From an uncultured Gemmatimonadaceae bacterium (GTDB taxonomy: Bacteria > Gemmatimonadota > Gemmatimonadetes > Gemmatimonadales > Gemmatimonadaceae), in the NCBI GenBank assembly GCA_963761305.1, contig CAVXGK010000002.1, positions 1,600,001 to 1,664,000 of the forward strand: a stretch of 64,000 nucleotides of DNA. The letters are read 5' to 3'. Every line of letters begins with the position of its first letter. Within the stretch, counting starts at the first letter, position 1. Of this stretch, positions 39,094-48,831 are shown one piece after another. The translations under genes and the position numbers were made by a program. Under the pieces are notes generated by a model. That model made no database searches. It was given only the letters and a program-made list of their open reading frames with translations, and was not told the origin of the DNA.

Positions 39094-40020
39094 ATGCACG
39101 TCGTGATACAGTTCCCAGTATCGGCAGCTATGGTGGCGGCCCTGACTTTGGCCGGGGCGCCGGCGGTGTCCATCGCCCAGCCGCGGACCCTGTCCTCGGC
39201 CGTCCAGGAGCGCGTGGGCCAGGCGCCCGGCGCCACCGTCGGGATCGCATTCCACGACCTAGAGACCGGCGACAGCCTCTATCTCCGCGCCGACGAGAGC
39301 TTTCACGCCGCCAGCGCCATGAAGGTCCCGGTGATGATCGAGTTGTTCCGACGGGTCGACGCTGGTACGCTCCGCCTCGATGAGGGCGTCCCGCTGGTGA
39401 ATCATTTTGTGTCGATTGCCGACGGGTCGTCGTACTCGCTGAACCCCGGCGACGACTCCGACAGCCTCGCCTACACGCTGCTCGGAACGCGCGTCCCCGT
39501 CCGCGATCTCATCGATCACATGATCACGCGATCGAGCAATCTCGCGACGAACGCCCTCATTGAACTGGTCGGCGCCAAGAACGCCAATGCCGCGGCACAC
39601 CAGCTCGGCGCGGCGAACATCAACGTTCTGCGCGGCGTGGAGGACACGCCCGCCTTCCGCGCCGGGATGAACAACACCACCACGGCGCGCGACCTCGCCG
39701 TGCTGCTCGAGGCGATCGAAACCGGACGAGCCGCGTCGCGCGCGAGCTGCGACGCCATGCGCGACTTTCTCACGCGACAGGAATTCAATGAAGAGATCCC
39801 CGCCGGTTTGCCGCCGGGCACGAAGGTCGCGCATAAAACGGGATGGATCACCGGCGTGCTGCACGACGCCGCCGTCGTCTATCCGCCGAACCGCAAGCCG
39901 TACGTGCTCGTCGTGCTGACGCGCGACATCCCGGACGAGAAGGTCGCCCGCCGCCTGATCGCCGACGTGTCGCGACTCGTTTGGACGCAGGCCGTGCCGA
40001 CCGCCTCCACACAACGATGA
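39094..40020 (+). CDS. Serine hydrolase, class A beta-lactamase-like fold
   Basis: SAMK, SSN and HKTG motifs; signal peptide. Confidence 0.88.
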   Translation: MHVVIQFPVSAAMVAALTLAGAPAVSIAQPRTLSSAVQERVGQAPGATVGIAFHDLETGDSLYLRADESFHAASAMKVPVMIELFRRVDAGTLRLDEGVPLVNHFVSIADGSSYSLNPGDDSDSLAYTLLGTRVPVRDLIDHMITRSSNLATNALIELVGAKNANAAAHQLGAANINVLRGVEDTPAFRAGMNNTTTARDLAVLLEAIETGRAASRASCDAMRDFLTRQEFNEEIPAGLPPGTKVAHKTGWITGVLHDAAVVYPPNRKPYVLVVLTRDIPDEKVARRLIADVSRLVWTQAVPTASTQR

Positions 40021-40475
40021 TCGTCGCGCTCGGGTGTGACCACGCGGGCTTCTCGCTGAAGCAGGTCGTCGCTGACGCCATTCGCGACGCCGGGCACGAG
40101 GTGCTCGACTGCGGCGCGTACGAGCTCACGCCCGGCGACGATTATCCCGACTTCGCCGGCGCGGTGGCGCGGGCGATCCTGGCCGGGCACGCCGAACGCG
40201 GCGTGATCGTGTGCGGCAGCGGGGTCGGTGCCGCGGTCGCCGCCAACAAGTTCGCCGGTATTCGATCGGCGCTCTGCCACGACACGTTTTCGGCGCATCA
40301 GGGCGTCGAGGACGACTCGATGAACGTGCTGGCGCTCGGCGCGCGGGTCATCGGTCCGTCGCTGGCGGCGGAGTTGGTCGGCGCGTTTTTGCGCGCCGAG
40401 TTTTCGGGGGCGGAGCGCCACCAGCGCCGCCTGCAGAAGATCGCGGCGATCGAGCGCGCGGCGTCGTCGCGCTAG
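40017..40475 (+). CDS. rpiB: Ribose-5-phosphate isomerase B
   Basis: GCDHAG, DYPD, CGSGVG, ANK..GIR, NVLALGAR, RHQRR. Confidence 0.95.
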   Translation: MIVALGCDHAGFSLKQVVADAIRDAGHEVLDCGAYELTPGDDYPDFAGAVARAILAGHAERGVIVCGSGVGAAVAANKFAGIRSALCHDTFSAHQGVEDDSMNVLALGARVIGPSLAAELVGAFLRAEFSGAERHQRRLQKIAAIERAASSR

Positions 40476-40491
40476 GACGCGCGGCGCGACG

Positions 40492-40845
40492 TCAGGAACG
40501 CTCGCTCGCCGCGCGATACACGATCACGTCGACCTTCTCGAGCGTGATCAACCCGCCGACGATCATCGCGTCGAGATCGGGCAATAGCGTCTCGATCTTC
40601 TCGGCCGCGTCCACGCACTCGATGACAATCGGCAGGTCGCCCGACAGCTCGAGGAACTTCACTGTGTGCACGTGCGCCGTCGCGCCGAACGACATGATGC
40701 CGCGGAACACCGTCGCCCCGGCGCACTGCTTCTTTCGCAGCAACTGGACGATCTGCTCGTAGAGAGGCTTTCCGTCGTGCTTGTCCCGCTCGCCGACATG
40801 GATGCGCATCAGCGTTCGCTGACCTTTGAGTCCGTGCATGGTCAT
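40492..40845 (-). CDS. DUF190 (PII-like) protein
   Basis: LMRIHVGE.D...GKPLYE.IV...GATVFRGIMSFG...LELSGDLPIVIE.VD; directly downstream of crcB. Confidence 0.9.
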   Translation of the reverse strand: MTMHGLKGQRTLMRIHVGERDKHDGKPLYEQIVQLLRKKQCAGATVFRGIMSFGATAHVHTVKFLELSGDLPIVIECVDAAEKIETLLPDLDAMIVGGLITLEKVDVIVYRAASERS

Positions 40846-40853
40846 TCTCCGCG

Positions 40854-41273
40854 TCAGTCTGGCCGTAGCCGCGTTCGCCCCATCGACAGGAGCCGGCGCG
40901 CGGCGCCCATGCCGAGCGCACAGCCGAGCAGCGACAGCACGACGCTCGCGGCGACGTAAAACCCGGCAGTTCCGTACTCGGCGTCCTCGACGAGCCGGAA
41001 CGTCTCGTAGCTGAACGTGGAGAACGTGGTGAACCCGCCGCAGAATCCGGTCGTGAGGAAGAACCGGACCTCCGGGCTCACGGCCGACGTGTCGAGCCCG
41101 AGCCGGACGAAGAAGCCGAGCAGCAGCGAGCCGGCGACATTGATGACGAGCGTGCCCACCGGCAGCGCGACCGACACGCGGTCCTGGATGTACGCGCCGA
41201 GCAGGTATCGCGCGACACTCCCGAGCGCGCCGCCGATCGCCACAGCGGCCACGAGCCGCCAATCGATCCTCAT
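40854..41273 (-). CDS. crcB: Fluoride channel CrcB/FluC
   Basis: GGALGSVARY, GTLVINVAGS, TGFCGGFTTFSTFSYE. Confidence 0.96.
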   Translation of the reverse strand: MRIDWRLVAAVAIGGALGSVARYLLGAYIQDRVSVALPVGTLVINVAGSLLLGFFVRLGLDTSAVSPEVRFFLTTGFCGGFTTFSTFSYETFRLVEDAEYGTAGFYVAASVVLSLLGCALGMGAARRLLSMGRTRLRPD

Positions 41274-41298
41274 GAGAAGACTCCTACGGACAACAGGT

Positions 41299-41352
41299 CA
41301 GTAGGAGCTATCAGCCGAGACGCGGCGGTTAAGGGCGAGCTCCATCGCCGGC
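41299..41352 (-). ncRNA. Fluoride riboswitch (crcB motif)
   Basis: Minus strand GGCGATGGAGCTCGCC-CTTAACC-GCCGCGTCTCGGC-TGATAGCTCCTAC. P1 GGCGA/TCGCC, pseudoknot GGAGCT/AGCTCC; lies upstream of crcB. Confidence 0.92.
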
Positions 41353-41382
41353 GAGAAGGCTACGCGCTCGCCGGCGTGGTTG

Positions 41383-41967
41383 TCAACGCTTGGCTTGTCC
41401 GTCGAGCGAGTGGTTCGCCGCGGCTTTGGTGATGTCCATCGAAGTCACGATGCCGACCAGCGCCTCGCCGTCGGTGACCAACACGCGATGCACCTTCTGG
41501 GTCTTCATCATGTCGGCGGCCAGGGACACCTCGGCGTCCGGCGGCAGCGTCGCGAGCGGCGCACGGGTCATGACTTCGCTCACGTCGTGCTCCTCGAGGA
41601 AATTCCACTCGGGTGTGCTCACGGTGGCGGCGCGCTCGCTCGCGTCGACGCCGGAGTCGTCCCACATCTCGGCGAAGTAGGCGGCCGCGGGCTCGTTTTC
41701 GTCCTCGGCGTCCTGCTCCACGGAGTCCTCGTTGTCGTACGCGTTCGACGCGTCGGCCAACTCGCGCTGCGTCGGCACGCCGGGCAGCGCGCTGGCGAAC
41801 GTCATGAGGTCGCCGCCGCTCACGACGCCGGTGAGCTTGCCGCCGCTCACCACGGGGGCGCCGCTCACGTGGTTCTTTCCGAACAGCTCCATGGCCTCTC
41901 GAATCGACGTTTCGGGCGTCACGGTCACGACGTTCGTGGTCATGATATCTCGGAGTCGCAACATCAT
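41383..41967 (-). CDS. CBS-domain protein with acidic insertion
   Basis: LRDIMTTNVVTVTPET and VSEVMTR...HRVLV..GIVTSMDI CBS repeats; AGGAGG RBS. Confidence 0.88.
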   Translation of the reverse strand: MMLRLRDIMTTNVVTVTPETSIREAMELFGKNHVSGAPVVSGGKLTGVVSGGDLMTFASALPGVPTQRELADASNAYDNEDSVEQDAEDENEPAAAYFAEMWDDSGVDASERAATVSTPEWNFLEEHDVSEVMTRAPLATLPPDAEVSLAADMMKTQKVHRVLVTDGEALVGIVTSMDITKAAANHSLDGQAKR

Positions 41968-42120
41968 TCCTCCTGATGCTCGGCTTGGTTTCCTGGGATG
42001 AGCGAGCGGCGCCGGGCATTCTCTCCGTGACGCAACACGCCGTTGCGAGGGTCTAAGGAGCATTCATTGTGCCGCGCGGCGGGCTCAGCGTCGCATCACG
42101 TGCGTCGAGCAAAGGAACTC

Positions 42121-42912
42121 GTGAAGACCGTCGCCGCGCTGCTCGCTGGCATCACGGTTGGCCTCGCGGCCGTTGCGTGTGGGCGCGGCGACCGCGGCCA
42201 TCGCGCCGCGTTCGACGTGACGGCCACGTTTCCGCACGACCCCACCGCGTACACGCAGGGGCTTCTGTGGGCCGACAGCGTTCTCTACGAGAGCACTGGC
42301 CTCTACGGGCACTCCGACGTGCGGCGCGTCGATTTGCGAACGGGACGAGTGCTCGCGTCGCGACCGCTCGCCGCCAATCGATTCGGAGAAGGGCTCGCGC
42401 TGCTCCACGGCCGCCTGTATCAGCTCACGTGGGAATCGGGCGTCGCCTACGCGTACGACGCGGCCACGCTCGCCCCCGGCGACTCGTTTCAATACGCGGG
42501 TCAGGGTTGGGGGCTCACGACTGACGGCGCGTCGCTCATCATGAGCGACGGCTCCGACTCGCTGCGCATTCTCGCACCCGCCACGTTCCACGTCGAGCGC
42601 GTCGTGCACGTCCGGTACAACGGCGCGCCGCTCAAGAATCTGAATGAGCTGGAGTATTTCGGCGGCGACGTGTTGGCGAACGTCTACCAGACCAACTGGG
42701 TGCTGCGCATCGATCCCGCCACCGGGAATGTGCGCGAGCTGCTCGACTTCGCCGATCTCTATCCCGATCGCACACCGACGGCGGAAGTGATGAACGGAGT
42801 CGCCATCGCCCCCGACGGCAAGCAATTGCTTCTCACCGGCAAGTTCTGGCCGACTCTCTTTCAAGTGCAATTTCACTCGGCGGGGTCCGATTCGGCGCCG
42901 GGCACCCGTTGA
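42121..42912 (+). CDS. Glutaminyl-peptide cyclotransferase (lipoprotein)
   Basis: PHDPTAYTQGL, YESTGLYG, FGEG, QLTW, GWGLT, SDGS, LNELE, VMNGVA, TGKFWP; lipobox VAC. Confidence 0.93.
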   Translation: MKTVAALLAGITVGLAAVACGRGDRGHRAAFDVTATFPHDPTAYTQGLLWADSVLYESTGLYGHSDVRRVDLRTGRVLASRPLAANRFGEGLALLHGRLYQLTWESGVAYAYDAATLAPGDSFQYAGQGWGLTTDGASLIMSDGSDSLRILAPATFHVERVVHVRYNGAPLKNLNELEYFGGDVLANVYQTNWVLRIDPATGNVRELLDFADLYPDRTPTAEVMNGVAIAPDGKQLLLTGKFWPTLFQVQFHSAGSDSAPGTR

Positions 42913-42997
42913 TATGATCCGCCGTGCGTCCGATTGATGACGCGCCGAGCCGAGCATAGAATTAGGATGGCGTCATTCCATATCCTTTGAGGAATTG

Positions 42998-43444
42998 ATG
43001 CCCGTCACGGCGAGACTGTCGCGACGCTTCTATGAACAACTTGGCGACGAACTCGCCACTGAGCTCGTCGACTGGTTCAATGCCGTGGACGCGACCTACC
43101 GTTCCGATCTCGATCGCCTGAACGAGCTGAACTTCGCGCGCTTCGACGCGAAGCTCGAGCAGCGCTTTGCCGAGCAAGACGCGAAATGGGAACGGCGCTT
43201 CTCCCAGCAGGACGCGAAATGGGAGCAGCGCTTTGCTCAACAAGACGCGAAGATGGAGCAGCGGTTTTCGCAACAGGACGCCAAATGGGAGCAGCGAATG
43301 GCCCATCTCGAGGTACTCCTCGAGAAGGGCCTCGCTCATTTGCGCACTGACCTGATCCGTTGGATGTTCGCGTTCTGGACCGGCTCGGTGCTCACGTTTG
43401 GCGGCCTGCTGTTCGCCGTCCTGCGATCACACGCCTCGCCGTAA
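42998..43444 (+). CDS. Membrane-anchored coiled-coil protein with 11-aa repeats (DUF1640/CCDC90-like architecture)
   Basis: Head region, hendecad stalk (DAKWEQRFxQQ), C-terminal LIRWMFAFW TM anchor. Confidence 0.8.
   Translation: MPVTARLSRRFYEQLGDELATELVDWFNAVDATYRSDLDRLNELNFARFDAKLEQRFAEQDAKWERRFSQQDAKWEQRFAQQDAKMEQRFSQQDAKWEQRMAHLEVLLEKGLAHLRTDLIRWMFAFWTGSVLTFGGLLFAVLRSHASP
43145..43297 (+). repeat. In-frame 33-bp tandem repeat (~4.6 copies)
   Basis: GACGC[G/C]AA... units start at 43145, 43178, 43211, 43244 and 43277. Confidence 0.9.
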
Positions 43445-43459
43445 TCGCTCGGCGGTCGC

Positions 43460-43915
43460 TCAGCGGCTGGCGCGATGCGCCGCGACGTAGTCGCGCAGCA
43501 CGCCGGCTTCGGCTTCGACCTGCTCGAGCCTGGCCTTCACCAGGTCGCCAAGCGAGATCACGCCGCGCAGCAGGCCATCCGACGTGACGAGCAGATGACG
43601 CTGCCGCTGCAGCGTCATCGAGCGCATCGCCTCTTCGATCGTGTCGCCGGCGTCACACGTCGGTGCGGACTGCATCACGTCGCGCGCCCGAAGACGCTCG
43701 AACGAATAGAAGCGCTCGTGCGTCGCCCGCACGACAGCTCGTTCGTCGAGGAATCCCACCAACGCCCCGTGGGCGTCGACGACTGGCAACGCGCCGATGT
43801 GATGGGTCACGAGAAGCCGGACCGCGGCGGCGAGGTGTGCGTCCGGGCTGACAGTGATCAGAGCGGCGGCTCCGCCCTTTCGGTCGACCAAGTCTTGCAC
43901 GTGCATTGGGTCCAT
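43460..43915 (-). CDS. CBS-domain protein
   Basis: V.DL..RKG...ITVSPD, HHIGALPVVD, RHLLV...GVISLGDLVK.RL...L.DYV. Confidence 0.88.
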   Translation of the reverse strand: MDPMHVQDLVDRKGGAAALITVSPDAHLAAAVRLLVTHHIGALPVVDAHGALVGFLDERAVVRATHERFYSFERLRARDVMQSAPTCDAGDTIEEAMRSMTLQRQRHLLVTSDGLLRGVISLGDLVKARLEQVEAEAGVLRDYVAAHRASR

Positions 43916-44052
43916 CCCCCACAAAGTGTCTCTATTTCCAACATACCCGCGAGATCGGAGAACGGTTGCGACGCGGAGACCGGCAGATGTTGAGGCTGTA
44001 ACAGGGGGGCGCACTCATCGGTTGGCCCGCATTTCGCTTTGGATGAGCCGGT

Positions 44053-45756
44053 GTGAAGAAGCGAATCGAGCGGGCACTCCTGCTGGCGACACTCGTCGCG
44101 GTGGCTGCATGCGGACGCGACCGCAACACGGCGTCGGCAAGCGAGGTCAGCCGAGGCTGGCAGCCGGCGAAGCTTGAAACCGTCTTCGGGGTCTCGGCCG
44201 ACGACATCGCCCAAGCGATCAAGCGTCACTTGAGTGCGGATCGCCCACACGAGATCTCCGCCGAGCGTTGGCGGCACGTACGCCGCCTGTACGCGTCCTA
44301 CAGTGGCGCCGCCCTGTGGATGGACACGGATGGCCCGAACAAGTCGCGCACGAACGCGTTGCTCACGGCGATCGTCAACGCCAACGCCGATGCGCTGCGC
44401 CTCGACGCGTATCCGCTCCCCGAGCTCGTCCAGGCAATCAGCGCCGTGCACGACGCCAAGCCGCCGACGGCTGAAGAACTCGCCGCTGCTGACGTGCTGC
44501 TCACCACGACGTACATCTCGCTCGCCGAAGACTTGTTCGGCGGGCAGGCCGACCCCTCGCAGCTCTCACAAGACTGGCACATCGACGGACGCGGCGAGCG
44601 TATCGATAGCGCCGTCGCGCGGAGCCTGCGCAGCGAAGAGCTCGACAGCGGAATCGCCCGCATGCGTCCGCAGTACGACGACTACGCCGCGCTGCAGCAC
44701 GAGCTCACCCGCTTTCGCGACATCGTTAACAACGGCGGCTGGCCCGCGGTCCCAACCGGCAAGCCATTGACGCGCGGCAACCACGATTCGGCAGCGCGCC
44801 TCGCGGCACTTCGCCAGCGCCTGAGCGTAGAAGGCTTCGGGGTCGATAGCGCGGACTCGGGATCGCAAGTGCGCTCGACGCTATACGGTCGGGCGCTCGC
44901 CGGTGCCGTCGCCGATTTTCAGGCGCACCACGGCATCGTCGTCGACAGCATCCTCGGCGACTCGACCCTGCAATCGCTCAACGTACCGGCCGATTATCGT
45001 CTCGCGCAGATCGCCGCCAATCTCGAGCGCTTGCGCTGGCTGCCGCACGACCTCGGCGAGCGCTACATCCTGGTGAACGTTCCGGCGTTTCGCCTCGAGG
45101 CGTACGACAGCGGCCAGAAGGCGCTGGAGATGAAGGTCATCGTCGGCGAAGAGTACGAGGGGAAACAGACGCCGGTCTTCGCCGACTCGCTCCAGACGGT
45201 CGTGTTTCGTCCCTACTGGTTGATCACGCCGACCATTCAGCGGAAAGAGGTCGAGCCCAAGGTCGCCGCCGACCCGGGATACCTCGAGCGCAACGAGATG
45301 GAGTACTACAAGGACGGCGGACAGACGCGCATTCGCCAGCGACCGGGAGACAAGAACTCGCTTGGCCTCGTGAAGTTTCTCTTCCCGAACGACTTCAACA
45401 TCTATCTTCACGGAACTCCGGAAGGGCAGCTCTTCAACAAAGACGTGCGCGCGTTCAGCCACGGCTGCATTCGTCTCGAGAAGCCCGAGGAGCTCGCGAG
45501 CTGGGTCCTCGGCTGGCCGATCGACCGCGTGATGGAATACGAGCACGGCAATGACAACCGCAGCGTCGTAGTCCCGCGCAAGTTCCCGGTCTACATCACG
45601 TACCTCACTACGTACACGCGCGACGGCGAACTGTATTTCGGCAACGATCTGTACGGCCGCGATGACCAGCTCGTGCGCCAGATCGCGACGGGGTCGTTCG
45701 CCAGTCCCGAGGCCGTCCGGAACCTCGACACGCTGCGAAAGCTCGTCAGCAACTGA
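44053..45756 (+). CDS. L,D-transpeptidase (YcbB/LdtD-like) lipoprotein
   Basis: Lipobox AAC; PG-binding segment, NLERLRWLP, VNVPAF, LGLVKFLFPN, YLHGTP, SHGCIR. Confidence 0.93.
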   Translation: MKKRIERALLLATLVAVAACGRDRNTASASEVSRGWQPAKLETVFGVSADDIAQAIKRHLSADRPHEISAERWRHVRRLYASYSGAALWMDTDGPNKSRTNALLTAIVNANADALRLDAYPLPELVQAISAVHDAKPPTAEELAAADVLLTTTYISLAEDLFGGQADPSQLSQDWHIDGRGERIDSAVARSLRSEELDSGIARMRPQYDDYAALQHELTRFRDIVNNGGWPAVPTGKPLTRGNHDSAARLAALRQRLSVEGFGVDSADSGSQVRSTLYGRALAGAVADFQAHHGIVVDSILGDSTLQSLNVPADYRLAQIAANLERLRWLPHDLGERYILVNVPAFRLEAYDSGQKALEMKVIVGEEYEGKQTPVFADSLQTVVFRPYWLITPTIQRKEVEPKVAADPGYLERNEMEYYKDGGQTRIRQRPGDKNSLGLVKFLFPNDFNIYLHGTPEGQLFNKDVRAFSHGCIRLEKPEELASWVLGWPIDRVMEYEHGNDNRSVVVPRKFPVYITYLTTYTRDGELYFGNDLYGRDDQLVRQIATGSFASPEAVRNLDTLRKLVSN

Positions 45757-45904
45757 GCGTCGCCAGCGCGACGGGTGAGGTCGTCGCGACAAGTTCCTCC
45801 CGCTGAAACCGCTTTTTTCCGCGCCGAGGCCCGAAGTGTGCGCCTTTCGGCCAGTGGCGCCGCTGCGAACGACGACCTTCGACCCTCGGCGCCACGGAGG
45901 AAGC

Positions 45905-46321
45905 GTGCGCGGCAAGGGCAAGAAGCCCGGGCAGAAAGCGTCAGGCGCGAAGCGGCACGGCAAGTCGGAGCCGATCGGCGACCCGCGTGAGAGCGGAAAT
46001 CCTGGCGGCGGCGCCGGACGGCGCGACGAGGTCGGTCCCACCGGAGTGTACCCCATGTCGGGCGGCATTCCCAAGGGAAAACATCTCGAGGTCCGCACGC
46101 CCGCCGCGTGGGGCCAGGGCGAGCGCGGAGCCGCCGGCTACGACGACTCGGGCGGGTCCGAGTTGATCTATCGCGACGGACAACTGCTCGGCGGTACGAC
46201 AGCCGGGCCGGGCGGCGAGCCGACGATCGATATTCACGGCGGGAAATCACAGCCGAACCCGGAAGACACCACTGAACTGAGGAGGCCGACGACGAAACAT
46301 CGACGCAAGAAGAAGCGATAG
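45905..46321 (+). CDS. Hypothetical hydrophilic protein
   Basis: GGAGG RBS before GTG 45905; motifs GRRDEVG.TGVYPMSG and AAWGQGERGAAGYDDSGGSEL look conserved. Confidence 0.7.
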   Translation: MRGKGKKPGQKASGAKRHGKSEPIGDPRESGNPGGGAGRRDEVGPTGVYPMSGGIPKGKHLEVRTPAAWGQGERGAAGYDDSGGSELIYRDGQLLGGTTAGPGGEPTIDIHGGKSQPNPEDTTELRRPTTKHRRKKKR

Positions 46322-46346
46322 TTCTGTCTGTTTGAAGGGAGATAAT

Positions 46347-47045
46347 ATGAATTCCAGACTATTTGTCGCCGCCGGCACGATGGGTGTCGCGGCGTGCAGC
46401 TGGGGGTGCGCCCGCAGTACGGCCGTGTTGACCCCCGCCCCGAGCGCGACGCGCGTATCGGGAGCCGGACAGGCCGCCTCGGCGACCGCCGCCGGCGTTC
46501 AGGTGATCGCGCACACGAAGGCGTGGCGCTGGGATCCGACCGATCTCGACACGAAGGTCACGCCGGTCCTGATCGAGTTCCAGAACAACGGCGACCGCGC
46601 CGTCATCGTACGATACAATCACATTTCGCTGTCCGACGACGCGGGCAATCGGTTCGCCGTGATGCCGCCGTACGACATCGACGGAAAGTTGAGTGAGGCC
46701 TATACGGTCCGCAGTCCGTACTACGGCTTCAACCGGTTCGCCGTCGCGCCGTATCTGTCGCGATGGTATCCGCGCTTCGACCGCTATGACGGCGCGTTCG
46801 CGTACGATCCGGGCTACTACCGGCCGTACATGACGCGGTACGCGGAGGTGGCGCTGCCGACCGCCGAGATGGTGCAGCGCGCGCTGCCCGAAGGCGTGAT
46901 TTCAACCGGCGGCCACGCCGAAGGCTTCGTGTACTTCGAGGCGTTTCATCGTGGCGCCAAGATGCTGACGCTCAACGTCGACATCGTCGACGCGGTGTCG
47001 GGCGCGGTGCTCGGCACGGCCCAAATCCCGTTCATGACCAGTTGA
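46347..47045 (+). CDS. Hypothetical lipoprotein with Tyr-rich insert
   Basis: Signal with Cys (SWGC); GGAG RBS; LP..EM..RALPEG...GFVYF motif. Confidence 0.75.
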   Translation: MNSRLFVAAGTMGVAACSWGCARSTAVLTPAPSATRVSGAGQAASATAAGVQVIAHTKAWRWDPTDLDTKVTPVLIEFQNNGDRAVIVRYNHISLSDDAGNRFAVMPPYDIDGKLSEAYTVRSPYYGFNRFAVAPYLSRWYPRFDRYDGAFAYDPGYYRPYMTRYAEVALPTAEMVQRALPEGVISTGGHAEGFVYFEAFHRGAKMLTLNVDIVDAVSGAVLGTAQIPFMTS

Positions 47046-47069
47046 TGCGCCGTCGGAGGTCGCGCATCC

Positions 47070-47110
47070 GGAGCCCCACCGGCGAATCGGCGCCGGTGGG
47101 GTTTCTGTTT
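47070..47110 (+). terminator. Rho-independent terminator
   Basis: GCCCCACCGGCG-AATCGG-CGCCGGTGGGGT followed by TTCTGTTT. Confidence 0.8.
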
Positions 47111-47184
47111 GCGCGCGCGCCGGCACGCCGATGAGAAGATTCCACCGCCGCTCTCGTTAGTTGGAGCAACAGGAGGTGGTCCAC

Positions 47185-48465
47185 ATGATCGGGCATACAC
47201 GGAGATGGCGCGGCATGACGCCGCGGCGGGACGTGATGTTGGGCGGAGCGGCGTTCGCGCTGGCGCTGGTGCCGGCGGCACAGGCGTGGGCGGGCGTCGA
47301 GTATGTGACGCGCACGACCGACTGCACGGTCCACATCGCGGGACCGGGGGACGCGTTGACCGTGATGGCGGGGCCCTCGATGCGATTCGAGGTATGGGGG
47401 AATTCGGTCGACCTCACGAACCCGACGAGCGGGTTCACGTTCAGCGGGCCGAGCGGGATGCAGGCGAGCATCGTGACGCGACACAGCGGCGCGGACAATT
47501 CGGGCCGCGGATGCGGCTTCGTCGGGTCTGCCGTCGTTCAGGTGAGCACGCCAGGGACATTGACCGGCAACGCCGCGGCGTCGGTGTCGTTCAAGATGCC
47601 GCTCGGCGATTTGTCGACTCTCTCGATGACGATCGTCCCGCATCCGGCGCTGTCGCAGGCAGTGTGGACGACGAATGGATCGCTGCAGCCGAGCACGATG
47701 CCGTGCATCACCGGGACGGGTTCGCTCAGCACGATCAACCAGGATACCAAGCTCGTGATCCAGCTTCCGCCGGGAGCGGCGCAGGATCAGACGACGTGCA
47801 CGAGCAACGCGATCCATCTACGCGTGCGACCGGCCTCGACGCCGGACGTGGATGTCACGCCCGGCATCAAGTACAACGTGACCGGCCTGCCGTCGTTCCT
47901 GAGCGTGAGTCAAGACCCGTCGTCGGTGGATCCGATTGTCGGAGCGCAGCTGAGCTTCACCTTCAACGTGAGCGGGATTCGGCATTTGACGGCGGCGAGC
48001 AACAGCACGATCACCATCGTCGACCCGATCGCGACGAACCGCACGACGACGCTGGCCCTTCAGGTCACGCCGACACCGGGTCAGGGCTTCGCGCAGTTGG
48101 CGACGGCGAATCCGCCGAGCACGACGGCCGGCAATCCGATCGACTTCACGGTGAAACTGTCCGCGCCGGCGAGGGGGCAGATCATCACCTGGCGAATGAC
48201 GCAGGCAGCCTGCTTCAAGCAGGCGGTGGCGGAGGCGCCGTATTCCGCGTCCGCGCCTTTCCAGTTCTTTAAATTCCCGACGGGCGAGACGTCGGCCATC
48301 ATCCGCGTCCTGTCGGTGAATGGCGGCGGCTGCACGGACCGGCGCGCCCCGACCGTCCACATCTTCGAGGCGTGGATCGGCGACTCGCGGGAGGATCCGC
48401 AGGTCACGGCCGTCACGACCGGAGCGACGTACACGAGAACGACGATTTCGCTGTTGGCTCCGTAG
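47185..48465 (+). CDS. Secreted beta-rich hypothetical protein
   Basis: AGGAGGT RBS; signal peptide with RR and AQAWA cleavage site; Thr/Ser-rich beta segments and several Cys. Confidence 0.75.
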   Translation: MIGHTRRWRGMTPRRDVMLGGAAFALALVPAAQAWAGVEYVTRTTDCTVHIAGPGDALTVMAGPSMRFEVWGNSVDLTNPTSGFTFSGPSGMQASIVTRHSGADNSGRGCGFVGSAVVQVSTPGTLTGNAAASVSFKMPLGDLSTLSMTIVPHPALSQAVWTTNGSLQPSTMPCITGTGSLSTINQDTKLVIQLPPGAAQDQTTCTSNAIHLRVRPASTPDVDVTPGIKYNVTGLPSFLSVSQDPSSVDPIVGAQLSFTFNVSGIRHLTAASNSTITIVDPIATNRTTTLALQVTPTPGQGFAQLATANPPSTTAGNPIDFTVKLSAPARGQIITWRMTQAACFKQAVAEAPYSASAPFQFFKFPTGETSAIIRVLSVNGGGCTDRRAPTVHIFEAWIGDSREDPQVTAVTTGATYTRTTISLLAP

Positions 48466-48473
48466 GACGAGTT

Positions 48474-48506
48474 CGGGCCAGGCTCAGTCGGATGGAGCCT
48501 GGCCCG
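48474..48506 (+). terminator. GC-rich stem-loop after the CDS (terminator-like, no U tract)
   Basis: CGGGCCAGGCTC / GAGCCTGGCCCG 12-bp stem. Confidence 0.55.
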
Positions 48507-48630
48507 GATGGCCCCGCCCGGCGTCGGGCGATTCTGCTATCGGGACGAGTCCGTAGGGCTGATCCGAACCTTCGCACACAGTCGAGCGAGTTGTTTCGGT
48601 CGTTCGTGTGTGTGAAGTTTCGTTCCTTAC

Positions 48631-48703
<73 letters not shown>

Positions 48704-48831
48704 TCGACACACGTCGTCCGCGGGACTCATCGGAAACGCAACGGCCGCCCATCGAGCGGCCGTTCGCGCACACCGCCCCCTCGCCCAATGCAGCGCCGAG
48801 CACGCGTCGACTTTCGAGATACGCGACCTCG

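Noticed and set aside
39094..40020. Bona fide beta-lactam resistance gene (also 52910-54178)
   Set aside because: The SxxK-type motifs only place these in broad serine-hydrolase families. There is no mobile context, and activity cannot be inferred from sequence.
43145..43297. 33-bp repeats as a possible CRISPR array
   Set aside because: The units are contiguous with no spacers, in frame with synonymous variation, and no cas genes are present.
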